Shown: positions 9,159 to 18,490 of the stretch, piece after piece | Layout: every line of letters starts with the position of its first letter | How positions within the stretch are numbered: position 1 is the stretch's first letter | Source: Candidatus Bathyarchaeia archaeon | GTDB taxonomy: Archaea; Thermoproteota; Bathyarchaeia; 40CM-2-53-6 | Length of the DNA stretch: 64,000 nucleotides | Direction: 5' to 3' | NCBI GenBank assembly: GCA_049517415.1 | Contig: JBEKSC010000001.1 | Location: forward strand, 96,001-160,000 | Notes under the pieces: model-generated | The model's database searches: none | What the model was told of the DNA's origin: nothing | The model's input: only the letters and a program-made list of their open reading frames with translations | Program-made: the position numbers and the translations under genes

Positions 9159-10243
9159 TGCGAGTCGTGGTCATAGGCGCGGGCATAACCGGGCTTAGCA
9201 TAGGATACAACCTCGCAAAGAGGGGCGTGGATGTCGTAGTATTAGAGGACAGGTATCCGGGAAGTGGAATAAGCGTCAGAGCGATCGGAGGAATCCACTG
9301 CCAATGGGACAACGAGAATGATATTACAATGGCAAAGAAGGGTCGAGAGATACTAAGCAGGTTACCTAACGAACTTGATTTCTTCATACCGTTTCGACGA
9401 GATGGTTACTTGATGGCTGCAACTGAGGAAGAGGAATTCAAACTACTGGAAAAGAATGCAATGCTGCAACGGTCGCTAGGAGTCGATACGGTCACGGTTT
9501 CAGCGGAGCAGATGAGCAAGCGATACCCGTTCCTCGAAACCGATTCAATCGTGGGTGGCACATTTTCCAAAGGAGACGGTGTAGTTCACCCGTTCTCCGT
9601 CGTTTTCGGATATTGGCATGGGCTTGAAGCCAATGGAGGGAAATTATGTAAGTCAACTAAAGTTGGCAAATTGGAGACGGATAGGAATCAGGTTATCGCA
9701 GCGTGGACAAATCAGAACAAGTTCGAGGCGGATGTGTTTGTCTTAGCGGCAGGCGCCGGAACAAGAGAAATCCTGCGCCCGTTGAATCATGAAATCGCAT
9801 CAGAACCAATTAGGCACGAGATGCTAGCTACAGAACCGCTGAGATTTTTCATCAAGCCAATGATACAGCTACGCCCGAATGGCTTGTATCTCAATCAGAG
9901 TATGAGAGGCGAGGTGATATGCAGCGTGGCGCGTCCCAAAGACACTGCTCACGAAGAGAGAAGATCAACCTTAGAGTTTCTTGAATACGCTGCAACTGAG
10001 TTAACCCGTCTAATGCCCTCGACCCGCGGGGTGAAGGTACTGCGTCAGTGGGCTGGTGTGATTGAAACCACACCAAACCTCAGGCCATTTTATGGTAAGA
10101 TTGGGTACGATAACCTATGGGTAGCCTACGGAGATTCTGGCAAGGGGATAATATTCGCTCCCGCAATAGGAGAAATGATCTCGAACTCCATTGTAACCAA
10201 TGAAACCGACCCAGATCTGTTGGACTACAAGAATACGTGCTGA
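9158..10243 (+). CDS. pdhB: FAD-dependent amine oxidase (PDH/sarcosine oxidase beta-like)
   Basis: IGAGITG FAD motif, DAO-family fold, RQWAG..TP; operonic with the alpha and ferredoxin subunits. Confidence 0.82.
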   Translation: MRVVVIGAGITGLSIGYNLAKRGVDVVVLEDRYPGSGISVRAIGGIHCQWDNENDITMAKKGREILSRLPNELDFFIPFRRDGYLMAATEEEEFKLLEKNAMLQRSLGVDTVTVSAEQMSKRYPFLETDSIVGGTFSKGDGVVHPFSVVFGYWHGLEANGGKLCKSTKVGKLETDRNQVIAAWTNQNKFEADVFVLAAGAGTREILRPLNHEIASEPIRHEMLATEPLRFFIKPMIQLRPNGLYLNQSMRGEVICSVARPKDTAHEERRSTLEFLEYAATELTRLMPSTRGVKVLRQWAGVIETTPNLRPFYGKIGYDNLWVAYGDSGKGIIFAPAIGEMISNSIVTNETDPDLLDYKNTC

Positions 10244-10378
10244 CGCCGTGAATCAAGGAGCGTCTGATGAGCGAGCGGCAATACGTGCATTATCTACTTG
10301 CATTGTCCACGTCAAAGCACTAAAGATAAAGTCCTAGTGCTTGAGGCTGGCACGTGATCCTGTTAAGGAGGGTGACTA

Positions 10379-10492
10379 GTGAGTAGAGCGAAATGCCTTG
10401 TGACCTTAGATTGCGGTCATGTCGCTACTATCGGTGCTGTGAAGTCCTCGTCGGACAGGTTTGGATGTGAAAAACCGTCGGGTGTGTGCTAA
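10379..10492 (+). CDS. Putative 37-aa Cys-rich microprotein or remnant
   Basis: Strong SD GGAGGGTGA before GTG; MSRAKCLVTLDCGHVATIGAVKSSSDRFGCEKPSGVC. Confidence 0.3.
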   Translation: MSRAKCLVTLDCGHVATIGAVKSSSDRFGCEKPSGVC

Positions 10493-10812
10493 GTGTCTGT
10501 CAGCCCAAGAAGTCTAGCGATAACCGAAATTTGAGCTTCTTGTCGTTTGTTCTGTCCGGTAATCTGTTTTGCTTCATCATACTCTTTACGAGCCTGTTCC
10601 ACAGAAGCAATGTGCCTATCAACAATCTCATCTAGAACTGGCTTGTCAGTATCATCAAGACCGGCCATAACTATAATCACAGTTTTGTTCGGAGGAGCCG
10701 TCACGCTACCACTAAAATTTGGAAATCTTCGCTTTATGGCCTCACTTAACTTCGATGTGTTGCATGTCTTACCATAAAAGTAGCTTTGCATCGACAATGC
10801 CCATTTCCACAA
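10489..10812 (-). CDS. Hypothetical protein (probable start MQSYFY at 10791)
   Basis: Open ~100-aa ORF with protein-like composition and a helical C-terminus. No family recognised. Confidence 0.55.
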   Translation of the reverse strand: MWKWALSMQSYFYGKTCNTSKLSEAIKRRFPNFSGSVTAPPNKTVIIVMAGLDDTDKPVLDEIVDRHIASVEQARKEYDEAKQITGQNKRQEAQISVIARLLGLTDT

Positions 10813-11192
10813 TACGGAGACTTGCTTAAGAAATCATCCAGTCAAGTTCTCTCAACGGCTATTTCTCATATATTTCTGTCCTTGCTTTCTTGGTTCTGTT
10901 CTCTACGGACGACTTTTTTTGCAGTCTGAATTAAGTCGTCAATTTCGTTCCGTTTGCCGTTACCAAGTAGCTCCCGCTATGGAAAGGAAAGCTAGCAAAG
11001 TATATTCAGAAAAGAATGCAGACATAGACGACCCTCGACCTTAGCCCAGCTGCTGTTCTGTGACGTGAAATTATTCTCGGACTGGATCAACTGATGAGCG
11101 ATTTGATTTCCAGAAAGAGTTTTCCAAGGCTCGGTCCTGTCTCGGTTGAATTGGTCTAGTGGGAACAATCTTTCTGGTCACTAACTATGGAT

Positions 11193-11681
11193 TTAGGATG
11201 GAAGACCGCCCTTTGCCTTTGAATATAATTCCTCAAGCCAGATTTGGTGGTATTTTTCCATGTTGTTAGGTCTAAATAGTTTGTTGAGTTTGGCTAGAAT
11301 GCCTTTCTGGTTTTCTTCTGTCAGAATATAGCAACCAGACTCTCTCTTTTCTATCAGCCATGCATGATAAGCGTCTATCCCGATGCCATGTGCAGTCCAG
11401 GCCAGGCGTTCATTTGGGACAAATTCCTCGACCTTTGATTCAAGGTTCAGGCCAAAGGTCTTCCACTTGAATTTGGTGCCGAGGTGCAGGTCTGGTTTTC
11501 CATCATCCATAATTACATTGGCAGAATTGCCGTACCATGTTGGCCATAGTTTTGCTCTGATTAGCCATGCCCACACTATATCAGCAGATACTGACATCTC
11601 CAATTCGTTACTTACATGCACATCCACATTGTTTTGGCTATATTGTTCCGGCCATTTTATTGACCTAGAATCTTTATCCAA
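11193..11681 (-). CDS. SRPBCC/START (polyketide cyclase-like) family protein
   Basis: VWAWL...WPTWY...LGTKFKWKTFG...VEEFVPNERLAW; visibly AT-richer than its neighbours. Confidence 0.85.
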   Translation of the reverse strand: MDKDSRSIKWPEQYSQNNVDVHVSNELEMSVSADIVWAWLIRAKLWPTWYGNSANVIMDDGKPDLHLGTKFKWKTFGLNLESKVEEFVPNERLAWTAHGIGIDAYHAWLIEKRESGCYILTEENQKGILAKLNKLFRPNNMEKYHQIWLEELYSKAKGGLPS

Positions 11682-11844
11682 ATTACCACCATAAAATTTG
11701 TATTAGCATTTAATACAGAAGTTAAATCTTATAAAAGTCTCTAGTCCAGTTGGAGAGACCTCGTCGATGTGCATGGCGTCTTCAGGTTCTATTTCATCGT
11801 AAGTAACTACTCTCAAACCAAAACCGCCTCGCTGCCCGGTTCAG

Positions 11845-12045
11845 TCATCGTTGGCTAGATCTGCTGGGACGGGAATATTCCCTCCTGGAACCTGAATCTT
11901 GTGGGACGCTGCCTTGCTTCCCGCACCAGGATTGATGAAGATCGTAGAGGCGCTTTCCTTCCGCATCGTTTGTGAATTTAGCCCCGCACCGGCAGACAGT
12001 GTATTCCTCAGACAAAGAACAGCCAGCACCTAGCCGAGGAAACAA
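11845..12045 (-). CDS. Small putative zinc-finger protein (CxC-x16-H-x3-C)
   Basis: VCRCGAKF...YDLHQSWC; likely TTG start at LSEE. Confidence 0.45.
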   Translation of the reverse strand: MFPRLGAGCSLSEEYTVCRCGAKFTNDAEGKRLYDLHQSWCGKQGSVPQDSGSRREYSRPSRSSQR

Positions 12046-12105
12046 CGTTAACGTAACTGTAAAAGGTTAAGCCGCATCCTCCAATCTGAATGTTCAGGGC
12101 CAAAG

Positions 12106-12501
12106 ATGCCATCATTTGTTGTTCATGAACACTGGGCGACGGCCCACCATTTCGATTTCCGTTTGGAAATGGACGGCGTTCTGAAATCGTGGGCTGTCCC
12201 CAAAGGGCCTCCACTAGAGGCTGGGATCAAACGTCTCGCGGTAGCGGTGGATGACCATCCGATCGATTACGGCTCATTCGAGGGAACTATTCCGGAAGGT
12301 GGGTACGGCGCTGGAAAAGTAGTGATTTGGGACAAGGGAGAATACACTCTCATCGAACGAGGACCCCGTTTGCTACGCCTCGAACTTCACGGGAACAAGC
12401 TGAAGAGCGAGTATGCACTCGTCTACTTCAAAGAAGAACGTGGCCAAGCACAGTGGCTACTATTGAGAAAAAGTGTGGTAAGCTCCTCGAAGCGGAAATA
12501 A
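12106..12501 (+). CDS. Stand-alone LigD 3'-phosphoesterase (PE domain)
   Basis: FVVHEHWATAHHFDFRLEMDGVLKSWAVPKGP...DHPIDYGSFEGTIPEGGYGAG. Confidence 0.93.
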   Translation: MPSFVVHEHWATAHHFDFRLEMDGVLKSWAVPKGPPLEAGIKRLAVAVDDHPIDYGSFEGTIPEGGYGAGKVVIWDKGEYTLIERGPRLLRLELHGNKLKSEYALVYFKEERGQAQWLLLRKSVVSSSKRK

Positions 12502-12629
12502 AGATAGGGATTGTTCGCTCCAACCAGCCCAATTATGAGGGTAGCTTTCTCAAGAAGCGTATTTTCGATCTTGAACCGCTGCTCGGAGCACTAAAAACAA
12601 AGTGAAAGGGCGTTAGGTTGCGAGAGAGC

Positions 12630-12935
12630 TCAACCGAACAACGCGCCGAGGCCGGCTAATGCTTCTTCTCCTTTCTTTTTCTCGTCTTCTGCTCCTTCCT
12701 TCTTGTCCTTCTTTCCTTCAGCTGGGGCTGCGGCTGCAGGTGCTGCGGCCACCGGCATTGCTTGCGCGGCCTTTAGGGCGTCGTCTATCTTGATTTCTGA
12801 GAGCGCCGCGACTAGGGCCTTAACTCTTGGCTCATCAGTCTTGACTCCGGCTGCTGTTAGAACTTTCTTTACACCATCTTCAGTTATTTTGCCGCCTGCT
12901 GAATGTAGCAGAAGAGCAGCGTAGACGTATTCCAT
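12630..12935 (-). CDS. rpl12: 50S ribosomal protein P1 (L12)
   Basis: [11 protein letters not shown]...GLGALFG. Confidence 0.98.
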   Translation of the reverse strand: MEYVYAALLLHSAGGKITEDGVKKVLTAAGVKTDEPRVKALVAALSEIKIDDALKAAQAMPVAAAPAAAAPAEGKKDKKEGAEDEKKKGEEALAGLGALFG

Positions 12936-12987
12936 TTTTCACACCGAATTTTGACAGGATTCCTGTGCTTACCCGAAGTCCCTCTTT

Positions 12988-13935
12988 TCAACCTTTTCCT
13001 TCAGCGGATGCAGGTGCCGGGGGACCTGGTTGCTCTTTCGTCTCGCTCGCAGTTGACGGAGGCGTGATTGCTTCAGGCTTCACAGCAGCAATCGCTGAGG
13101 ACAATGCATTCATGTTCGCGTAGGCCTTCTGGATGATAAAGTCCGCAGTTTGTTTCGTAAAGAAGCCTGACTCGACGCTGACGGCAACCGCCTGCCGATA
13201 CGCTTTCGAGATAATTATAGGCGCAGTCTCCGGTAACATGATGTTTGCCTCAACCGCCACGCCCAACGCCATCCTCGCGGCTGAGGAGAAATCAGACTTC
13301 ATTTGGTCAAGGTCAAAGATGAGATCGTTCGGGCCGAGAACTGATCCGTTATCGTAAGCATATGAGAGCGCTAACCCCGCTTCCATCGGTTTCATTCCAA
13401 GCTTCGACAGAAGTGAGGCGGTCTTAACTGGAATCACTTCTCCTTTCTCAACAACGACAGTGTCCTTTGCAACGAAGATACTGCCGCCCTCGATCCGTGT
13501 TTGAACCTTAGCCTCGTTGAACTCGCTAATCACCGGACCGGGCTGTATTCCCGTGTTGCCGGCTGGAATCATAATATCGCTTGTCGCCACATCTCCGCCC
13601 TTTGCTGGAACCCTGACTTTGTTCTTGTTGAGAAAGATAATGAGTTCAAAGGGGTTCATTTGCGTGAAAATTAGAACCTTGGATCCGGTCAACGAATCTG
13701 CAAAGTTATCAATACCTTTCTTTTCACCGGCGATCTTCTCGCTGGCTTTGCGTAGAATCGTATTCTTCGCGACAATTAGGTCCGCCTTGCCACGCAGCTT
13801 CTTCCGAATCTCTTGTATTTGCGATGAGCGTACTTTCTGCAGGTCGGCGACGGCTATAACTGAGTATTCGTTAAGCAGTTTCGTTAGGTCTTCGTAAATT
13901 TCCTTTTTCCAAACCGCGACCTGCTGAGCTAGCAT
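12988..13935 (-). CDS. rpl10: 50S ribosomal protein L10 (P0)
   Basis: QIQEIRKKLRG, KNT, GNTGIQPGP; lies between rpl1 and rpl12. Confidence 0.97.
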   Translation of the reverse strand: MLAQQVAVWKKEIYEDLTKLLNEYSVIAVADLQKVRSSQIQEIRKKLRGKADLIVAKNTILRKASEKIAGEKKGIDNFADSLTGSKVLIFTQMNPFELIIFLNKNKVRVPAKGGDVATSDIMIPAGNTGIQPGPVISEFNEAKVQTRIEGGSIFVAKDTVVVEKGEVIPVKTASLLSKLGMKPMEAGLALSYAYDNGSVLGPNDLIFDLDQMKSDFSSAARMALGVAVEANIMLPETAPIIISKAYRQAVAVSVESGFFTKQTADFIIQKAYANMNALSSAIAAVKPEAITPPSTASETKEQPGPPAPASAEGKG

Positions 13936-13941
13936 TAATCA

Positions 13942-14610
13942 TCACTTCGTCAGGGTGATCTTTACCGGTTTGCTCATCGTTGCCTTAATGAGTATTTCAC
14001 CAACATTCTTGAAACCCCGCTCGAGCTTCTGTTCAATTCGGGAAACTACCGCCTGGATATTCTCCACTAGCTTCTCGTCCGGCATAGCTTCCGTCCCAAC
14101 CCTACACTGGAGGACGGGCTGTTCTCGCATTCGAACCCGAACCATCTTGCGGTGGCCGGAGATGATTTGATCAATAGCCGCGTTAGGCGGGACTGGTGTG
14201 GGCATCTTGCCCCTTGGGCCAAGGAATGACCCCAGGGCCTTTCCTACGAGGGGCATTAGGGGGGCTTCGGCGATGAAGAAATCATAATCTTGAGCTAACT
14301 TCCGAGCCGATTTCTTGTCCTTGCTCAAGTTATCCATCTCCTGCCTGGTAACCAGCATGTCTGCGCCAGCCGCTTTTGCCCTGGTTCCCAAATCCCCTGA
14401 CGCTATCACGCAAACCTTCAGTGCCTTATCCGGTGGATTCGGCAACGTAATTGTTTCATTGATCCTGTTTTCGGGCCTCTTTAGGTCAACTTCTCGGAGG
14501 CGAACAACCAAATCGATGGATTGTGAGAACTTTCTCTTAGTTAGATTCTTACGTAGCTCACCGAGTGCCCTAGCAATTTCATCCTTGGCAAGTGGCAATG
14601 AGGGGACCAT
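13942..14610 (-). CDS. rpl1: 50S ribosomal protein L1
   Basis: KRKFSQSIDL, LGPRGKMPTP. Confidence 0.97.
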   Translation of the reverse strand: MVPSLPLAKDEIARALGELRKNLTKRKFSQSIDLVVRLREVDLKRPENRINETITLPNPPDKALKVCVIASGDLGTRAKAAGADMLVTRQEMDNLSKDKKSARKLAQDYDFFIAEAPLMPLVGKALGSFLGPRGKMPTPVPPNAAIDQIISGHRKMVRVRMREQPVLQCRVGTEAMPDEKLVENIQAVVSRIEQKLERGFKNVGEILIKATMSKPVKITLTK

Positions 14611-14728
14611 CTAGTCAAATTTCTAAGGCGTCAATCCCCCTGCCTAATAAAAACGTTTTCAGCGCGGCCACTTGTTTCGCGACCTTCAGATTAATAGCGG
14701 ACACCGATGCCATAAGGCGAGGTCACGA

Positions 14729-14941
14729 ATGTCAGAAGTGAAGAAGTTCAAGATTACAGGCGAGATCAGGAAGGGACAAAGCAGAATCCCGTTTTCCGTC
14801 GAATTCAACGCGCTGAAAGAGGAAGACGCCGTCCAGCGTCTTTATTCTGAGATGGGCAGCAGACACCGCGCTAGAAGATTTGAAGTTAAGATAGCGAAAA
14901 TCCAATCCGCCCTCCTAGAGGCGGCGCAGGCTAAGGAATAG
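14729..14941 (+). CDS. rpl18a: 50S ribosomal protein L18Ae (LX)
   Basis: MSEVKKFKITG...LYSEMGSRHR; SD GAGGT before ATG 14729. Confidence 0.93.
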   Translation: MSEVKKFKITGEIRKGQSRIPFSVEFNALKEEDAVQRLYSEMGSRHRARRFEVKIAKIQSALLEAAQAKE

Positions 14942-14943
14942 GA

Positions 14944-15396
14944 ATGTCATCCCCCCAACCAAGGGCAGAAGACATAGTCAGGCAACTGGCCACCGAGATT
15001 CGTATCTTAGAAGGATCCATCGGGGCTCTTCAATCCAGACTTAATTTCGTCCGAGCAGCGATCAGCGAAGTTACCTTAGCATTCAACACCCTCGATGGCC
15101 TGAAGAATCTACAGGACGGCGATTCCACGCTCGTCCCGGTCGGAGCCGGCTCATACGTGAGAATGAAAATTGCGGATTCCAAGAAGTTGATTATGGGTAT
15201 AGGAGCAGGAGCCGCGATGGAGAAAGACGTGGGAACCTCCGTTGGCGAGCTGAAAGGTAGACTTGAGGAATTAGATAAAGCAAGAACATCTATTCAACAA
15301 CAATTAGACCAAACCATTGGCCGATACCAACAAGACCGCGATGCCCTCGAGGAACTCCTAAGACGCCAGGGGACAACAGAACAGGCTCCGAGCTGA
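14944..15396 (+). CDS. pfdA: Prefoldin alpha subunit
   Basis: Coiled coils flanking LVPVGAGSYV...MGIGAG. Confidence 0.93.
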   Translation: MSSPQPRAEDIVRQLATEIRILEGSIGALQSRLNFVRAAISEVTLAFNTLDGLKNLQDGDSTLVPVGAGSYVRMKIADSKKLIMGIGAGAAMEKDVGTSVGELKGRLEELDKARTSIQQQLDQTIGRYQQDRDALEELLRRQGTTEQAPS

Positions 15397-15476
15397 GTTT
15401 AGATGCGAAGTCCTGAAATCTCCGCTTAACCCTGCGGGAGACAAAACTTAGTCACGGTTCTCATCAGTGACATAAG

Positions 15477-16382
15477 GTGTTCGAGAAACTCAAATCAGGC
15501 GTCAATAGCCTAGTTCAGAAGATTTCGCAGAAAGAACTGTCTGATCAAGACATCTCAAAGGTTCTCGATGAGTTTCTGTTGTCCTTAGTCGAGAATAATG
15601 TTGCCTACTCGGTGGCCAAGCAGATATGCGACAACTTACATGAGAAACTCAAAGCAACACAATTTCGACGGTTCACAGACTCAACGCAACCAGCTAAGGA
15701 GGTGCTGCGGGAGGTCTTGCTTGACTTATTGAAGGGAAGCGGCGAGGAATCCTTCTACAAGGTTCTCAATGAAAGCAAAAGTGTCCACAAACCGGCCATC
15801 ATACTTTTCGTGGGAGTTAACGGGACCGGTAAGACGAGTTCCATCGCGAAGGTAGGTCATCTATTGCTTCGGAAGGGTTTCTCAGTCGTCGTGGCTGCCG
15901 CAGACACTTACCGGACTGGTTCTATAGAGCAGATTGAGGAGCACGCTCGGCGAATCGGAATCAAGACTATCAAGCATGATTATGGCGCTGACGCTGCTGC
16001 GGTAGCATTCGACGCTGTGAATTATGCGATCGCACACGGCATTAACGTTGTCTTGATTGATACGGCTGGTAGAATGCAAACAAACAAGAACCTCTTGGAA
16101 GAAATGAAGAAAATTGCTCGAGTGGCCAAGCCGAACCTGACAATCCTTGTTGTCGACTCACTCACCGGTAACGATGCGGTTGAGCAAGGAAAATCCTTCT
16201 CGAACGCCGTGAACATCGACGGTGTCGTGCTGACCAAGTTGGACGCTGACGCAAAGGGTGGTAGCGCCATTTCTATTGCCGCCATCATGGGCAAGCCGAT
16301 CTTCTTTGCAACCGTCGGGCAGAATTATGAGGACTTGGTCTCCTTCGAACCTGAACAAATGGTTGAGAAAATCATAAGTTGA
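15477..16382 (+). CDS. ftsY: SRP receptor FtsY
   Basis: GVNGTGKT, DTYR, DTAGR, TKLD, GGSA. Confidence 0.97.
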   Translation: MFEKLKSGVNSLVQKISQKELSDQDISKVLDEFLLSLVENNVAYSVAKQICDNLHEKLKATQFRRFTDSTQPAKEVLREVLLDLLKGSGEESFYKVLNESKSVHKPAIILFVGVNGTGKTSSIAKVGHLLLRKGFSVVVAAADTYRTGSIEQIEEHARRIGIKTIKHDYGADAAAVAFDAVNYAIAHGINVVLIDTAGRMQTNKNLLEEMKKIARVAKPNLTILVVDSLTGNDAVEQGKSFSNAVNIDGVVLTKLDADAKGGSAISIAAIMGKPIFFATVGQNYEDLVSFEPEQMVEKIIS

Positions 16383-16394
16383 AGCTGGCATGAG

Positions 16395-17198
16395 TTGACG
16401 GTTCTCATTGCCGCCTCCAAGCGTGACGTAGCAGCTCAAAACATCGCACGAGAGCTAATTCGGCTGAAAGGTTTTCAACCGGCCTCAGGTGTTCCTGACC
16501 TATTTCAAAACGGCAATGTCTACTTGAAACTCGTGGAATCCGATGGCATATACACCGATAGCCTAGGCGTCGATTCAAGACCAGAAGTTGTTATCTTCGC
16601 TTCGAGGCATAGAAGCGAGAGCGGCGAACCAGCGCTAACGGTCCATTGGACTGGGAATAGTACAAGTCGTGCTGATTTCGGCGGCAAGCCCAAGAGCCTG
16701 TCCTTTGCAGACCCTCCTCGATTACGCGCAGCGTTGTTGGGGTTGGATAAAGCGCGTGAAGCTTTGAAGTTGAATTACGCAGTAACCCTTGAGGCTACTC
16801 ACCATGGACCAACCGAGCTGGGAGTTCCAACGCTTTTCGTGGAATTAGGTAGCACGGAGAAAGAATGGAATGATCCGCTGGCCGCTGTAGCGGCTAGTGA
16901 AGCCATATGGGAGGCTGCAGTGGCCCCGGTAAGAGGAACGGCGGCTGTTGGTTTTGGAGGGGGACACTACTGCAACAAGCAATGCATCGCGGTTAGGAAT
17001 GATAACTACGCTTTCAGCCATATCTTCTCCAAGTATTTCTTTGAAGATTACGATGAACGAATGGTTCAGTTGGCGTTTGAGCGCACAATTGGAGAATGCC
17101 GCAGCGCCGTTGTCGATTGGAAAGGTATCCGCGGCGCGGAGCGATCGAAGCTCGTAGAAACCCTGAAACGGCTGCACATCGACGTTGTTCGTGTTTAA
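16395..17198 (+). CDS. dtdA: D-aminoacyl-tRNA deacylase (DTD2)
   Basis: SRHRS, EATHHGPT, FVELGS, GFGGGHY. Confidence 0.92.
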   Translation: MTVLIAASKRDVAAQNIARELIRLKGFQPASGVPDLFQNGNVYLKLVESDGIYTDSLGVDSRPEVVIFASRHRSESGEPALTVHWTGNSTSRADFGGKPKSLSFADPPRLRAALLGLDKAREALKLNYAVTLEATHHGPTELGVPTLFVELGSTEKEWNDPLAAVAASEAIWEAAVAPVRGTAAVGFGGGHYCNKQCIAVRNDNYAFSHIFSKYFFEDYDERMVQLAFERTIGECRSAVVDWKGIRGAERSKLVETLKRLHIDVVRV

Positions 17199-17305
17199 CT
17201 CAAAGAATTGAATCCAACACGCTCTTATTTTCAAAGGTTAAAATAGCTGGCTTTTCACTTCAATCAACTTGATTCAAGAGCCAACTATCTAGAAGGATAT
17301 ACGAT

Positions 17306-17512
17306 ATGAACGCACGCGAATTCCTGGATTCATCGAAAAGGCTTGTGCACGTCACCACGAAACCTTCACGGGATGAAATTTCGTTGATGGTAAAGATTAG
17401 TTTCCTAGGAGTTGCTATCGTGGGTTCACTTGGATTCGTAATTCGAGTACTCTTTCTGTTCTTCAACCTATTGCCGCAAACACAGACTGGCGCCACCGGA
17501 GCCACTCCTTGA
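17306..17512 (+). CDS. secE: Protein translocase SecE/Sec61-gamma
   Basis: KPSRDE plus one TM segment; upstream of spt5. Confidence 0.92.
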   Translation: MNAREFLDSSKRLVHVTTKPSRDEISLMVKISFLGVAIVGSLGFVIRVLFLFFNLLPQTQTGATGATP

Positions 17513-18006
17513 TGAGCACCGAACACAAGATGCTCATCTACGCTGTCCGAACAACAAGTGGCCAGGAAAGGACGGTTGTAGACCTCGTCTCGTCAAGAAT
17601 TGGCCTGAAGAAACTGCCCATCGCCAGCGTCTTGGCCCCAGATATGGTCAAGGGGTACATCTTCGTCGAATCAGCAGGACCTCACTATGTGGACGACTTG
17701 ATTGCCGGCGTTCGGCATGCCCGAGCACGTACGAAAGGCGTCATATCGGCCGAAGCCCTTGACAGGTTCATCGTCAGCAAGCCCGTCATTGAAGACCTAC
17801 GGAATAATGATTCAGTAGAAGTGATCAGTGGACCTTTCCGTGGGCTGAAAGCGCGAATCACGAATGTTGACAAACTCAAGGAAGAGGTAACCATAGAGCT
17901 CTTGGAAGAGGGATTCGCAACCCTTCCGATCACCGTGCACGCGGATTACGTGAAACTAGTTAGCAGAGGCAGTGTGGCTGAAGTTGGGCGACAAGAAGCA
18001 AGTTGA
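17509..18006 (+). CDS. spt5: Transcription elongation factor Spt5
   Basis: YAVRTTSGQE, KGYIFVE, KOW motif GPFRG. Confidence 0.96.
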   Translation: MMSTEHKMLIYAVRTTSGQERTVVDLVSSRIGLKKLPIASVLAPDMVKGYIFVESAGPHYVDDLIAGVRHARARTKGVISAEALDRFIVSKPVIEDLRNNDSVEVISGPFRGLKARITNVDKLKEEVTIELLEEGFATLPITVHADYVKLVSRGSVAEVGRQEAS

Positions 18007-18475
18007 AGCATTACTGAACGGTGGAGAAGCCAACGCCGGTCCACCACTAGGACCAGCATTGGGACCACTCGGAGTAAACGTGCTTCAGATCGTTAACAAG
18101 ATCAATGAGATGACTAAGGCATATTCTGGTATGAAGGTCCCCGTCCGCGTCGTCGTGGACGTTGAAACGAAGGAATTTGAAGTCGAGATTGGGACGCCTA
18201 CCACGTCAGCCCTAGTAGTGAAGGAACTTGGGATCGCGAAGGGGTCAGGCAATCCCAAAGCTGAGAAGGTGGGTAACCTCACGATGGACCAAGTGGCCAA
18301 AATTGCTGCGATGAAAATGCCAAGCAGCTACGCAAAATCTGTTAGGACGGCCGCTAAAGAGGTAATGGGAACTTGCGTCAGCCTCGGAATCACAATTGAA
18401 GGAAAAGACCCACGCGATGTCCAGAAGGAATTGGACCAAGGAAAGTGGGATCAAGTCTTCAAGACGGCAAGCTAA
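17984..18475 (+). CDS. rpl11: 50S ribosomal protein L11
   Basis: GGEANAGPPLGPALGPLG; TTG start at 17984. Confidence 0.97.
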   Translation: MGDKKQVEALLNGGEANAGPPLGPALGPLGVNVLQIVNKINEMTKAYSGMKVPVRVVVDVETKEFEVEIGTPTTSALVVKELGIAKGSGNPKAEKVGNLTMDQVAKIAAMKMPSSYAKSVRTAAKEVMGTCVSLGITIEGKDPRDVQKELDQGKWDQVFKTAS

Positions 18476-18490
18476 CCGCATTAGATACTT

